Shown here piece after piece: positions 53,854 through 64,000 of a DNA stretch of 64,000 nucleotides. The stretch spans positions 352,001-416,000 of the forward strand of contig CAVPCR010000001.1 of the NCBI GenBank assembly GCA_963702435.1, given 5' to 3'. The position numbers were made by a program, and so were the translations under genes. Numbering within the stretch: the stretch's first letter is position 1; each line of letters begins with the position of its first letter. The stretch is from Candidatus Eiseniibacteriota bacterium. GTDB taxonomy: Bacteria > Eisenbacteria > RBG-16-71-46 > CAVPCR01. The notes beneath the pieces were generated by a model. The model was not told where the DNA came from and made no database searches. It saw nothing but the letters and a program-made list of their open reading frames with translations.

Positions 53854-54458
53854 GGGCGCCCCGCGTGCGCGCCGGTCGTGCCGATGGCCGCGAGCGGCGC
53901 CGCCAGCGCCGGCGCCAGTGCGCGGCCGAGCGCAACCGAACGGGCGCCGTGGGCCGTCATCCGGATCGAGCGCTCGTCGCCGCCCCGATCCTCGATCGCG
54001 ATCTCGAAGTGATCGGCATCCACCGCGTCGCGCGCCCGCTCGCCCCACTCGATGAACACGACGCTCCCGGGGGCGACCACCTCGGCCAGTCCGAGCCCCT
54101 CGACGAGGGCCGGGTCCTCGAGCCGGTAGAGATCCACGTGCACGATCGGCAATCGCCCCGCGTGGGTCGTGACGAGGGTGAATCCCGGGCTCCTGATCCG
54201 GCCGCGCGCGCCGAGGCCGCGCGCGACACCATGGACCAGGGCGGTTTTGCCCGCGCCCATCTCCCCGATCAGGAGCCACCAGGTGCCGGCGCCGCGGGGA
54301 GGCCCGGGTTCGGCCCCCGCTCCCACCGGCTCCCCGAGGAGGCGGCCGAGCTCCCGCCCGAGGAGGTCGGTCTCCGCCGCCGCCCGGGTCGTCCGCTCGC
54401 AGAAGAGAAGCGCGCCGCCCGCGCCGCTCGCCCCGCCCACGTCGCCCACGTCGCTCAC
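53847..54458 (-). CDS. tsaE: tRNA t6A biosynthesis ATPase TsaE
   Basis: GEMGAGKT, SPGF, HVDLYRL, FIEWG. Confidence 0.9.
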   Translation of the reverse strand: MSDVGDVGGASGAGGALLFCERTTRAAAETDLLGRELGRLLGEPVGAGAEPGPPRGAGTWWLLIGEMGAGKTALVHGVARGLGARGRIRSPGFTLVTTHAGRLPIVHVDLYRLEDPALVEGLGLAEVVAPGSVVFIEWGERARDAVDADHFEIAIEDRGGDERSIRMTAHGARSVALGRALAPALAAPLAAIGTTGAHAGRPC

Positions 54459-56014
54459 CGCCGCGGCGCGAGGGTGATGACGGGCACGATCATCTCCTCC
54501 ATCGAGATGCCGCCATGCTGGAAGCTCCCGCGATACTGCCGCTCGTACTCGTGGAAGTTGGTCGGATAGACGAAGTAGTAGTCTTCCTTGGCGAAGATGT
54601 AGTGCTTGTTGAGCGCATCGGCCGGCAGCATGTAGGCGGCCGGATCCTTGACATGCACGGCCTGCTTCAAGTCGCAGCCCAGGTTCTTCCCGAACTTGTA
54701 GCGCAGGTTGGTGGACGTGGTGCGGTCGCCGTAGACCAGCGCGGCGCGCTGGCCCATGATCGATCCGTGATCGGTCGTGATGACGGCGACGCAGTTGTCC
54801 TGGGCGGCGATCGCCTTGAGCACCTCGAACAGCGCCGAGTGCGTGAACCACGAGGCCATGAGCGAGCGAAAGCCGGCCTCGTCCGGCGCCAGCTCCCGGA
54901 GGATGTCCGACTCGCTGCGCCCGTGGGCCAGGATGTCGATGAAATTGATGACGACACCCACCAGGTCGAGCGACGAGAAGCTCGCCACCTGGCGCAGGAG
55001 AGCCTGCCCGTCGTCGCCCGAGTAGACCTTCACGTACTTGATCCCGAGCGGGCGGTTGCCGAGGCGCTTGATCTGCGCTTCGAGGAGTTCCTTCTCGAAC
55101 TTGTTCTTCGACTTGTCGGTCGGCACCCGCTCCTGCCAGTACTGGGGGTACTGATCCGCGATCTCGAGGGGGAACAGCCCGGCGAAGATCGAGTTCCGTG
55201 CATAGGGGGTCGCCGACGGCAGGATCGCGAAGTGGTGATCGGTCGTCATCTCGAAGTAGGGCGCGAGCAGCGGCTCCACCATCAGCCACTGGTCGGTGCG
55301 CATGCAGTCGATGACGAAGAAGAAGACGCGCCGGCCGGCCGCCAGGTGCGGCTGCACGTGCGTGCGCACGATGTCCGGGGAGAGGAGCGGGCGTTCGCGC
55401 GCCGTCATCCACTCGACGTAGTGGTTCTCGACGAAGCGCCCGAACTCGGCGTTCGCCTCGTGCTTCAGATCGGCGTGCGACTGGGCGAGGCCCAGGTCGC
55501 GCACGCGGTCGAGGCGGAGGTCCCAGGCGGTGAGCTGCCCGTAGAGGTCCACCCAGCCGGCGGCGTCGAGGCTCGCCGGGTCGACCAGGCGGATGCGACT
55601 GAACTCCTCGACGAAGTCGCGGGTGAGCTGCCCCTCCTCGAGCTTCCGTCCCTCGAGCAGGCGCTTGATGGCGAGGAAGATCTGGCTCGGATTGACCGGC
55701 TTGATCAGGTAATCGGAGATCCGCTTCCCGATCGCCTCGTCCATGAGCCATTCCTCTTCGCTCTTGGTGATGAGGACGACCGGCACCTGGGGGTCGATCT
55801 CCTTGATCGCTTCGAGGGTCTTCAGGCCCCCCATGCCGGGCATCATCTCGTCGAGGAGCACGGCGTCGAAGCGGCTGCGGGCGAAGGCGGTCACGGCGTC
55901 CTCGCCGTTGGCCACCGCCTCGACCTTGAAGCCCTTGTCCTCGAGGAAGAGGACGTGCGGCCGGAGGAGATCGATCTCGTCATCGGCCCAGAGAATGTGG
56001 CGGGTTTCAGGCAT
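54455..56014 (-). CDS. porX: PorX-type response regulator with PglZ/alkaline-phosphatase domain
   Basis: ILWADDEIDLLRPH, ITKSEEE, ILPSATPYARN, TTDHG, FQHGGISMEEM. Confidence 0.88.
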   Translation of the reverse strand: MPETRHILWADDEIDLLRPHVLFLEDKGFKVEAVANGEDAVTAFARSRFDAVLLDEMMPGMGGLKTLEAIKEIDPQVPVVLITKSEEEWLMDEAIGKRISDYLIKPVNPSQIFLAIKRLLEGRKLEEGQLTRDFVEEFSRIRLVDPASLDAAGWVDLYGQLTAWDLRLDRVRDLGLAQSHADLKHEANAEFGRFVENHYVEWMTARERPLLSPDIVRTHVQPHLAAGRRVFFFVIDCMRTDQWLMVEPLLAPYFEMTTDHHFAILPSATPYARNSIFAGLFPLEIADQYPQYWQERVPTDKSKNKFEKELLEAQIKRLGNRPLGIKYVKVYSGDDGQALLRQVASFSSLDLVGVVINFIDILAHGRSESDILRELAPDEAGFRSLMASWFTHSALFEVLKAIAAQDNCVAVITTDHGSIMGQRAALVYGDRTTSTNLRYKFGKNLGCDLKQAVHVKDPAAYMLPADALNKHYIFAKEDYYFVYPTNFHEYERQYRGSFQHGGISMEEMIVPVITLAPRR

Positions 56015-56122
56015 TGGTGCTCGGGTGACGGGTGTCGGTGACGGCGATCGAGTCGCCGGGAGACAGCGGGGGCCGGCGCGACCGGGGGCGCTCTAATTGG
56101 ATCGAGAACGGCGGGCCCCGGT

Positions 56123-57418
56123 TCAGACCGGGAGCGAGATGGCCATGGTCGTGCCGCGGCCCGGATGGCTCTCCTTCACCCAGATCCTGCCGCCATGGTA
56201 TTCCTCGACGATCCGCTTCGCAAGCGTGAGCCCGAGCCCCCATCCCCGCTGCTTGGTCGTGAACCCGGGCTGGAAGACGCGGCGCTGCTCGGCCGGGGTC
56301 ATGCCGCGCCCGTTGTCGGCGACCAGGATCTCGACCGTCTCCGCATCGCGCCGGTGCTCGACTGCCACGAGGATCCGCACGTCGGGCTTGTCCGCGGCAT
56401 CCACCGCATTCTTGAGCAGGTTCTCGATCACCCAGGCGATGAGCTCGGCGTTCACGTTGAGCTCGGGCACCGCCTCGTACTGCTCCTCGATGGTCGGTCC
56501 GTGCCCGAGCCGCGGCAGCCGCATCCGCACGTAGGCGACCGTCCCGGCCACGACCGGCACGATGTCCTCGACCTTGCGCTGCGGCGCCGAGCCGACCTGC
56601 GAGAAGCGGAAGGCGATCTTCTCGAGCCGCTCGACGTCGGCCTTGATCTCGGTGACCGTCTGCTCGAAGAGCGCGCGCGGCACGACGACCTGATCCTCCG
56701 CGCCGGGGACCGCTTTGGCGCGGCCGGCGATCACCTCGAGCCAGCCCATGAGCGAGGAGATCGGCGTCCCCAGCTGGTGCGCGGTCTCCTTGGCCAGCCC
56801 GATCCAGATGTAGCGGAGCTCCGACACCTTGGCCGAGCGGAAGCCGAGGAAGCCGAGGGCGATGAAGAGGAAGAAGGCCGCGATCTCGACGACCGGAACC
56901 CAGCGCACCTGGCGGAGCAGTTCCGACTCCCCGTAGTGCACGTAACCGACGACCTGGTCCGAGCCGGCGATGACCATGGGCACCGGCGGGTTCCTCCGGT
57001 CCATGCGGCGGGTCTCGGCCAGGATCTCGGCGAGCGGCCCCGAGACCGGCGGGTTCGCCGGATCGAGGGCCTCGCTCATCTCGACCGTGACCGCTTCGAC
57101 CGGGATGCCGATCCCCTTCCAGGCGTAGGGCCGGCCCACCTCGTCGGTGAGGACCACCGGAAAGTCGATCTGATGGATGACGTCGCGGAACACCTCGCGC
57201 AGGCGCTCCGACTCGAGCGCCTCGAAGGTCACCGCGGCGCAGAAGTCGGCGAGGATGCGGCCCATCGCCTGCGCCTGCCGCTCGAGCCTGGTCGTGAGCG
57301 TGTGCGTGTAGAGGAAGAGCGCGGCGATCAGGAGCGAGGAGCCGAGGAACACGTAGCCGCGGAGCCATCCCGGGGTGGTCTCGGTACCGAGGCGGTGGGA
57401 CATGCGGCGCCGGGCCAT
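56123..57418 (-). CDS. sensor histidine kinase (PorY-like)
   Basis: two TM segments; WIGLAKETAHQLGTPISSL; ENLLKNAVDA; GFTTKQRGWGLGL. Confidence 0.88.
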   Translation of the reverse strand: MARRRMSHRLGTETTPGWLRGYVFLGSSLLIAALFLYTHTLTTRLERQAQAMGRILADFCAAVTFEALESERLREVFRDVIHQIDFPVVLTDEVGRPYAWKGIGIPVEAVTVEMSEALDPANPPVSGPLAEILAETRRMDRRNPPVPMVIAGSDQVVGYVHYGESELLRQVRWVPVVEIAAFFLFIALGFLGFRSAKVSELRYIWIGLAKETAHQLGTPISSLMGWLEVIAGRAKAVPGAEDQVVVPRALFEQTVTEIKADVERLEKIAFRFSQVGSAPQRKVEDIVPVVAGTVAYVRMRLPRLGHGPTIEEQYEAVPELNVNAELIAWVIENLLKNAVDAADKPDVRILVAVEHRRDAETVEILVADNGRGMTPAEQRRVFQPGFTTKQRGWGLGLTLAKRIVEEYHGGRIWVKESHPGRGTTMAISLPV

Positions 57419-57425
57419 CGGGGCC

Positions 57426-58721
57426 CTAGCGCGGGGCGGCGGGGGCGACCGGCACGAGTTCGGTCGCGCCGCCCATGTACGGACGGATCACCTCCGGCAC
57501 GCGCACAGCGCCCGTCCCGGTCTGGTAGTGCTCGAGGATCGCGACGAGGAGCCGCGGCAAGGCCACCCCCGAGGCGTTCAGCGTGTGCACGAGACGGCTC
57601 TTGCCGCCGCCGGTCGGACGCATGCGGATCCCGAGCCGCCGCGCCTGGAAGTCCTCGAAGTTCGAGCACGAGGAGACCTCGAGCCACTTGCCCTCGCCGG
57701 GCGCCCACACCTCGAGGTCGTAGCACTTGGCGGCGGCGAAGCTCAGGTCGCCGCCGCACAGGGCGAGGACCCGATAATGGAGCCCGAGGTTGCGGAGCAC
57801 GCTCTCGGCGTCGGCGAGCAACGATTCATGCTCCTCGTAGGAGCGATCGGGGTGGACGAACTTGACGAGCTCGACCTTGTCGAACTGATGGAGGCGGAGG
57901 AGACCGCGCGTCTCGCGTCCGGCAGCGCCGGCCTCGCGCCGGAAGCAGGCGGTGTAGCCGACGTGCTTCCGCGGAAGATCCTCCTCGGCCAGGGTCTCGT
58001 CGCCGTACAGGTTCGTGATCGGCACCTCGCCCGTGGGGATCAGGTACTGGTCGTCCCCGTTCACGTAGTACATGTCCTCGCGGAGCTTGGGCAGTTGCCC
58101 GGTCCCGAACAGGCAGGACGGCTTCACGAGGTAGGGCGCCCACACCTCGGCATAGCCGTGGGCGCTCGTGTGCAGGTCGAGCATGTAGGTCAGGAGCGCG
58201 CGCCCGAGCCGCGCCCCCATCCCGTAGAGGAGGCTGAAGCCCGAGCCGGAGAGCTTGGCCGCCCGGAGCGGATCGAGGATCGCGAGCCGCTCGCCGAGCT
58301 CGACGTGGTTGCGCGGCGCGAAGTCGAACTCCGGCGGCGCGCCCTCGACGCGCACGACCACGTTGTCGGCCGGTGTCAGGCCGGCGGGCACCGAGGCGTG
58401 CGGCAGGTTCGGGATCCAGGACAGGAGCTCGTCGATCGCCGCGTCGATGCCCCGGAGCCGCTCGTCAAGAGCGGCGATCGTGTCGCCGACCACGCGCATC
58501 CGCTCCATGCGCTCGCTCGAGTCCTCGCCCCGCTTCTTGCGATCGCCGATCTCCTTCGACACCGCGTTCCGCTCGTGCTTGAGCGCCTCGGTTTCGGCGG
58601 TCAGGTCGCGCCGCTCCTGGTCGAGCCCGAGCAGGCGGTCGAGATCCACCGTGGCGCCCTTCGCGCGGAGGGCGGCGCGGACCAGGTCGGTTTCGGCGCG
58701 GATCAGCTTCAGGTCGAGCAT
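57426..58721 (-). CDS. serS: seryl-tRNA synthetase
   Basis: MLDLKLIR, FRREAG, RLHQFDKVE, EVSSCSN, HTLNASG. Confidence 0.97.
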   Translation of the reverse strand: MLDLKLIRAETDLVRAALRAKGATVDLDRLLGLDQERRDLTAETEALKHERNAVSKEIGDRKKRGEDSSERMERMRVVGDTIAALDERLRGIDAAIDELLSWIPNLPHASVPAGLTPADNVVVRVEGAPPEFDFAPRNHVELGERLAILDPLRAAKLSGSGFSLLYGMGARLGRALLTYMLDLHTSAHGYAEVWAPYLVKPSCLFGTGQLPKLREDMYYVNGDDQYLIPTGEVPITNLYGDETLAEEDLPRKHVGYTACFRREAGAAGRETRGLLRLHQFDKVELVKFVHPDRSYEEHESLLADAESVLRNLGLHYRVLALCGGDLSFAAAKCYDLEVWAPGEGKWLEVSSCSNFEDFQARRLGIRMRPTGGGKSRLVHTLNASGVALPRLLVAILEHYQTGTGAVRVPEVIRPYMGGATELVPVAPAAPR

Positions 58722-58755
58722 CGGTCACCCGTCGTGCGGAGAGGCCGGCGCCGGA

Positions 58756-59982
58756 TCAACGGCGCCGTATGCGGAGAAGTCGCTGGAGCTCGGCCCCGGC
58801 GGCGCCGAGCGTCACGCGCCGGGGATCGTCCGGCGCGAGGAGGTCCACCCAGGTCAGGACGAGCGCGCCGAGGAGCGAGACCACGAAGGCCACCCCGGCC
58901 GCGGTCAGGGTGAGCAGCGTCCGCCGCGGGCGGGCGCGCTTGAGCGGCTTCTCGCCCGCGTCCACCACGGTGAGCGACGGCGTGTCCCGCTCCTCCTGGA
59001 TCTTGGCCTGCTCGTACTCAGTGCGGAGGAAGCTGTAGACCTGCTCGCGCACCTTCAGGTCGCGCATCAATCGTGCGTAGTCGAGACCGATCGCCGGCAG
59101 CTCGGCCAGCTTGCGATCGATCTCGGCCAGCTCGGCGCGCAGGAGCCGGATCTCCTCGTTATTCTCGCGGAGCACGGTCTGCTTCATGCGTAGCGCGATC
59201 TCCGCCTCGAACTTGCGGGCGAGGAGCTCGGCCGAGGCGCTGACCCCGGCCTCGGCCTGCGGCGAGAGCGGCATCAGCTTGGTCTTGGTCTGGTACTGCT
59301 CGAGCGCCTCTTCGGCGGCGGCCAGCTCGCGCCCGCACTGCTCGAGCTCGCGCTCGACGAAGATCCGCGTGCGCTGCCCCTTGGTCATGCGCTGCTCGGC
59401 GTTGAACTGATCGAGGATGTCGATCGAGCGGTTGACCATGCGCGCGGCCATCGCGGGATCGCGGTCCTCGATGCCGACCGTGACCAGGCCCTCCTGACCG
59501 ACGAAGAAGCTCGAGTGCGCGTCGAGCGCGACGAGCGCCTCCTCGATGTCCCTGGCCTTGTAGCGCGCGATCAGGTCGAACTCCTCGATCAGCACGGCCC
59601 GCACCCGCCGGCTCTTCAGGAGCGCAACCGAGAGATCGCCGGCCTGCGCCTGATCGGAAAGCCCGCCGCCGGGGATCGCCACCTCGCGGAGGAAGGCCGT
59701 CAGCGAGAAGGTCGAGCGCTCCTCGATCGCCGGCAGGAAGGTCGCGCGCGCGAGGTAGAAGTGCGGGAGGAAGAGGGACACGCCGGCGGCGACCAGCCCG
59801 ACGAAGAGGACGTTCAGAAGGATCCAGCGGGCGCGACGCACCAGCCCGTAGAGGTAGTCGACGAGGCTCGGGTCGGCCGGCGGCGAGAACGGAGGCGCCG
59901 GCAGGGCGGCCGGGCGCGGGCGACCGCGCGGCGGTCCGAACGGCGGATCGGGCTCGGGCAGAGGTCGGGTGGCGTCGCTCAT
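58756..59982 (-). CDS. Wzz/Wzc-like polysaccharide chain-length determinant
   Basis: two TM helices flanking a coiled coil; C-terminal RPRR..L motif. Confidence 0.8.
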   Translation of the reverse strand: MSDATRPLPEPDPPFGPPRGRPRPAALPAPPFSPPADPSLVDYLYGLVRRARWILLNVLFVGLVAAGVSLFLPHFYLARATFLPAIEERSTFSLTAFLREVAIPGGGLSDQAQAGDLSVALLKSRRVRAVLIEEFDLIARYKARDIEEALVALDAHSSFFVGQEGLVTVGIEDRDPAMAARMVNRSIDILDQFNAEQRMTKGQRTRIFVERELEQCGRELAAAEEALEQYQTKTKLMPLSPQAEAGVSASAELLARKFEAEIALRMKQTVLRENNEEIRLLRAELAEIDRKLAELPAIGLDYARLMRDLKVREQVYSFLRTEYEQAKIQEERDTPSLTVVDAGEKPLKRARPRRTLLTLTAAGVAFVVSLLGALVLTWVDLLAPDDPRRVTLGAAGAELQRLLRIRRR

Positions 59983-60053
59983 GGAAGTGGGGCGAGGCTA
60001 GCACACCCCTCCCGCGCCCGCCATGCCGCCGGCGCCCGGGCCGGGCGCACCCG

Positions 60054-61052
60054 CTATGCGGCCGGCACCCGGGCCAGGCGTACGCCGAGCGCGAGGAGGA
60101 GCACGAGACTCGCCGCGGCGGCGGCAGCGGCCGGCGCGCCGGGGCGATGAGCAACGAGCACGCCGGCCGCTGCGGTGGTCGCGGTGAACCCGTAGACGAG
60201 GAGCGCGGTCCAGCGCGGGCCCGGGACGAGCCGGTTCAGCCGATGCGTCGTGTGGTCCTTGCCGGGGTTCCACACCGCGCGCCCGGTCCCGAGGCGGGTC
60301 ACGGTGACGAAGGCCAGGTCGAAGAGCGGATACCCGACGATGAGGAGGAGCGCATACCCGGCGCGCAGCGGCATCGCATCGGGGAGCGTCAGGAAGAGCA
60401 CGGCGGCAAGCAGGAACCCGATCGCGTGCGATCCGGCATCGCCCATGAAGATGCGCGCCGGATGGAAGTTGTAGGCGAGGAATCCGGCGGCGGCGCCGGC
60501 GGTGGCGGCGGCGAGGACGGCGGCGCCCGGGGCGGCACCGCGTGCCGCGAGGAGAAAGCCGAGGCCGCAGACGAGCGCGATGCCGCCGAGGATCCCGTCC
60601 ATGTTGTCGAGGAAGTTGCACGCGTTCATCAGCGCGACGGCGAGGATCACGGACAGGGGCGCGGCGAGCCCGCCGAGCGAATCCGGCGCCGGGTGCCCGG
60701 AGCCGGCCACGAGCAGGACCGCGGCGACGAGCTGACCCGCGAGCTTGGCGAGCGGATGGAGCGGCCGCGCGTCATCCCACAGCCCGAGGAGGACCACGAA
60801 GGCGAGCCCGCCGGCCACGGCGGCCGTTTCGCGCGGCGCGAGGATCGCGCCGCCGGCGAGCGCCGCGGCGCCGGCGCCGGCGAGGACGCCGATCGCGAGG
60901 GCGATCCCGCCGCCGAGCGGGATCGGTTCCCGGTGTACCTTGCGCGCGGCGGGGCGATCGACGAAGCCCGCGCGGCGCGCGAGCGCACGCACGAGCGGCG
61001 TGAGGAGGAGCGAGGCGGCGAGGGCGACGGCGAAGGGCAGGAAGCTCGTCAT
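60054..61052 (-). CDS. undecaprenyl-phosphate GlcNAc-1-phosphate transferase (WecA/MraY family)
   Basis: RKVH..P.PLGGG, LGLWDD, NFLDNMDG, NFHPARIFMGDAGS, DHTTHRL. Confidence 0.9.
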   Translation of the reverse strand: MTSFLPFAVALAASLLLTPLVRALARRAGFVDRPAARKVHREPIPLGGGIALAIGVLAGAGAAALAGGAILAPRETAAVAGGLAFVVLLGLWDDARPLHPLAKLAGQLVAAVLLVAGSGHPAPDSLGGLAAPLSVILAVALMNACNFLDNMDGILGGIALVCGLGFLLAARGAAPGAAVLAAATAGAAAGFLAYNFHPARIFMGDAGSHAIGFLLAAVLFLTLPDAMPLRAGYALLLIVGYPLFDLAFVTVTRLGTGRAVWNPGKDHTTHRLNRLVPGPRWTALLVYGFTATTAAAGVLVAHRPGAPAAAAAAASLVLLLALGVRLARVPAA

Positions 61053-61068
61053 CGCCGTCCGCGCTCGA

Positions 61069-62088
61069 TCAGCGAGCGCGGACTGCGGCGACCGCGAGCG
61101 GCGCCGGAGCCGCCGCGTGGACGCGCTTATCGCTCCGCATGAACTCGATCGTCAGGCGAAGCATCTCGTCCAGACGCACGGACGGGCGGTAACCGACGAG
61201 CGAGTGGATCTTCGCCAGATCGGGCACCCGCCGGCGCATATCCTCGAAGCTCTGACCGTAGATCTCCTCGTACGGGATGTGCGCGATCGGCGACGCCGAC
61301 CCGCACTTCTCGCGGACGCGCGTCGCAAGCTCGTTGATCGACACCTCTTCGTCGGTGCCGATGTTGAACACATCGCCGTAGGCATCGGGGCAGTCGGCGA
61401 GGAGGAGCACGCCGCGCACCACATCCCCGACGTAGGAGAAGCAGCGCGTCTGGCGCCCGTCGCCGTAGACCTCGATCGGCTGCCCGTCGAGAGCGCGCTG
61501 GATCATGCCCGGCACCACCATGCCGTAGCGGCCGGTCTGCCGCGGGCCGCAGGTGTTGAAGCAGCGGACGATGACGACCGGGAGGTTGCGCTCGCGGTGA
61601 TAGGCGAGGGCGAGGAACTCGTCGATCGCCTTCGACGAAGCGTAGCCCCAGCGCGAGACGGCAGTCGGGCCCATGACGCGATCGGAATCCTCGCGGAACG
61701 GAACGGCGTCCGACTTGCCGTAGACCTCGGACGTGGAGAAGAGGATCACCGACTTCTGATCGCGCGATGCCGCCTCGAGCACGTACTCGGCACCGTGGAT
61801 GTTGGTGAGCAGCGACTCGAGCGGTCGCTCGACCACGTAGCGCACACCGACGGCTGCGGCCAGATGGAAGATGCGATCGGCACGATCGACGAGCCGCTCG
61901 ACGACCGGGCGATTGAGAACGCTCTCTTCGAGGACAACGAGGCCGGGCTGGCCGGCCAGGTGTTTGAGGTTCCGAAGGCTCCCCGTCGAGAGATTGTCGA
62001 GTACGACGACCTCGTCACCGCGGTGGAGCAAGGCCTCGACCAAGTGGGACCCGATGAACCCCGCGCCACCCGTCACCAGGTGTCTCAT
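61069..62088 (-). CDS. NAD-dependent nucleotide-sugar epimerase/dehydratase
   Basis: LVTGGAGFIGSHL, STSEVYGK, YASSK, YGDGRQTRCF. Confidence 0.92.
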   Translation of the reverse strand: MRHLVTGGAGFIGSHLVEALLHRGDEVVVLDNLSTGSLRNLKHLAGQPGLVVLEESVLNRPVVERLVDRADRIFHLAAAVGVRYVVERPLESLLTNIHGAEYVLEAASRDQKSVILFSTSEVYGKSDAVPFREDSDRVMGPTAVSRWGYASSKAIDEFLALAYHRERNLPVVIVRCFNTCGPRQTGRYGMVVPGMIQRALDGQPIEVYGDGRQTRCFSYVGDVVRGVLLLADCPDAYGDVFNIGTDEEVSINELATRVREKCGSASPIAHIPYEEIYGQSFEDMRRRVPDLAKIHSLVGYRPSVRLDEMLRLTIEFMRSDKRVHAAAPAPLAVAAVRAR

Positions 62089-62508
62089 GAACCGCGATCC
62101 TCCTCGAGCCACTCCCCGACGCCTGTCTCGAGCCCCTCTGGATGCAGCAATCTATTGAAAAGAAAAGCATTTGCGCCGTGCATGGCAGGAAACGCCGGGA
62201 ACGATATGTAAGCCTGCCAACCCTGTCAAGGGTCATTCCAGGAGGGGCTATCCGCCCGGCCATCGCCCTCCGAGCTCTGCTTCCGGTTCCCCCACCCCGC
62301 TCCGGCCGCCCCCGCCCCGGGGACCCGGCATCCCTGGACCGGGTCAAGCAAGGAGCGTTCCGATGAGCCCGGAGGGACTCCCTCCCCTCTCCGGACCGGC
62401 CGGAAGACCCCTTCCATTCAGCGGTTATCGGCACGCCCGGTCCCGGTCTTTAGCCCCCTCTGCGATCGCCGGCTGCAGCGGTGACGCCACACCCCCCCCC
62501 TTTCCCGC

Positions 62509-64000
62509 TCACTGCCTCACCTCGTTGGCGAAGAAGATGATGCTCGCCAGCGCCGCGCCGACCGTGATGATCTCCCGGGCGAGCGTCCAGGCGCTCTTCG
62601 GCGTCTTCTCGGGCACCCAGATCGCATCCCCGTCCTCGATCGGCCCGGCCCCCGCAGCGTACTCCAGGGCGGGCCGGTCCGCTCGCTGCACGAGCGTGCG
62701 CGTTTGATCCGCGTTCTTGTCGTAGCCGCCGGCGAGATCCACGTAGTCCTCGATGTCCCGGCCGGGGGCGAACGGCACGAGCCCGGGGGCGCGCACCCTC
62801 CCGTCCACCCGCACGGTACCCTGGGCCCGGGGCACGAGGATCTCGTCCCCGTCGGCGAGCAGAGCCTGGTCCGTGAAGGGCTCCACCTGCCAGTCCACAT
62901 GGAGCTCCCGCCCGCCGGGGCTCAGGCTCGCGAGCTCGAGCTCACGCCGGGTGCGCGGAAGCTCGGAGAAGGCCGGCTCGGCGAACCCGGGGGCGGCAAC
63001 CTCGGTTCCGCCCGCCGTCGGGCTCGGCCGGGGAGCGCCGCCCACCTCACCCTCGACCCCGGGCGCGCCGGGACCCGGCGCCCGGGCAACTTCGGCCGCC
63101 GGCACGCGGGAGAGACGCGTGCCGTTGCGGTTCGCCGCCGGCGTGAAGCCGCCGGCGCGCCGGATCACATCCCCCACCGTGTCCATGCCGAGCGTGATCG
63201 GATAGCGGCCCGGAAAGGCCACCTCGCCCTCGACGAGGACTGCATGCACCGCGGCCAGACGGCCGGGGCGCGGCACCACGAGCGCATCGCCTGCCTGGAG
63301 CGGGCGGGCCAGGTCGGCCGCGGAACCGAGGTCGATCAGGGTGACATCGCGCTGCCCGGCAGCGGAGATCCTGCTCATCTCGACCGCATCCGTCAGCGCC
63401 CCCGGCAGCGGTCCGCCGGCGAGAGCCACCGCCGACGCGACTGTTTCCCCGGGCACGAGCTCGTAGGTCCCCGGGATGGCGACCCCGCCGAAGAGGCTGA
63501 ACTCCTCGATCGCCATCGGCACGACCACGACATCGCCGCCCTCGGCCGGCGGGTTGGCAGCGAGGTCGCCGCCGGTCAGGAAGCGCACGAGATCCGCCCC
63601 CAGCTCGCTGCCGTCGGCGCGGCGGATGACGATCCGTCGCTCGGAACCACCCTGGGCAACCCCGCCCGCGCGCGCGATCACCTCGGAGATGCGCGCCACC
63701 GCATTCGCCTCGACCGCGCCCGGGGCCATGACCGCCCCGGTCACGTACACCTTGAAGCGGCGCGGGCGCTCGAGGCTCAGCGCGAAGGGCCGATCGCGAA
63801 CGAGGGTCGCCAGCGCGCGGCCCACCTCCTCGCGCGCGGCGTTGAGCGTGAGCCCGGCGACCTCGACGCGGCCGGCCGAGCCGGGCAGGACGAGCCCGCC
63901 CTCGGCATCGACGACCAGGGTGACGCTCCCCTCCATCACGCCGGGCACCGCGAGGGTGAGCACATCCCCCGGCCCGACGTGATAGGTGTCGGGATCGATG
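62509..64000 (-). CDS. SLBB-domain polysaccharide export protein (Wza/KpsD-like), 5' end beyond the window
   Basis: YHVGPGDVL at the window edge; repeated V.GEV..PG SLBB motifs; DYVDLAGG. Confidence 0.82.
   Translation of the reverse strand, partial: IDPDTYHVGPGDVLTLAVPGVMEGSVTLVVDAEGGLVLPGSAGRVEVAGLTLNAAREEVGRALATLVRDRPFALSLERPRRFKVYVTGAVMAPGAVEANAVARISEVIARAGGVAQGGSERRIVIRRADGSELGADLVRFLTGGDLAANPPAEGGDVVVVPMAIEEFSLFGGVAIPGTYELVPGETVASAVALAGGPLPGALTDAVEMSRISAAGQRDVTLIDLGSAADLARPLQAGDALVVPRPGRLAAVHAVLVEGEVAFPGRYPITLGMDTVGDVIRRAGGFTPAANRNGTRLSRVPAAEVARAPGPGAPGVEGEVGGAPRPSPTAGGTEVAAPGFAEPAFSELPRTRRELELASLSPGGRELHVDWQVEPFTDQALLADGDEILVPRAQGTVRVDGRVRAPGLVPFAPGRDIEDYVDLAGGYDKNADQTRTLVQRADRPALEYAAGAGPIEDGDAIWVPEKTPKSAWTLAREIITVGAALASIIFFANEVRQ

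Overview
High-GC bacterial window. FlgD/T9SS-type C-terminal domains, a TWGxIK C-terminal tag and a porY-porX-tsaE block point to an FCB-related lineage such as Eisenbacteria or Krumholzibacteriota (inference). From about 3.3 to 25.6 kb lies an accessory island. It holds an AbiE toxin-antitoxin pair broken by an IS21, an IS256, and a complete RIT (recombinase-in-trio) element. Its most striking content is an array of three same-strand units, each made of a conserved promoter plus structured leader, a small Cys-rich secreted protein, and a large secreted FlgD-tailed protein (M1 aminopeptidase, C25 gingipain-like, BNR/YCF48-like). Two units sit head-to-head with a catalytic-domain-only tyrosine recombinase: one copy (194 aa when rejoined) is split by the RIT exactly in its HSLRH motif, and the other is truncated at the island edge. 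The layout is integron-like but has no IntI or attC. From 25.6 to 64 kb are mostly core genes: archease, ligA, acyP, pcm, CBS/CGL, a probable UshA-like selenoprotein (in-frame UGA plus SECIS-like hairpin), HU, a large LptD-like gene frameshifted at a G11 run, ROK kinase, DUF481, a large HNH protein, sodB, folC, accD, rimI, a reprolysin-like protease, tsaB, tsaE, porX, porY-like kinase, serS and polysaccharide synthesis/export genes. All family calls come from motif recognition only; no database search was run.
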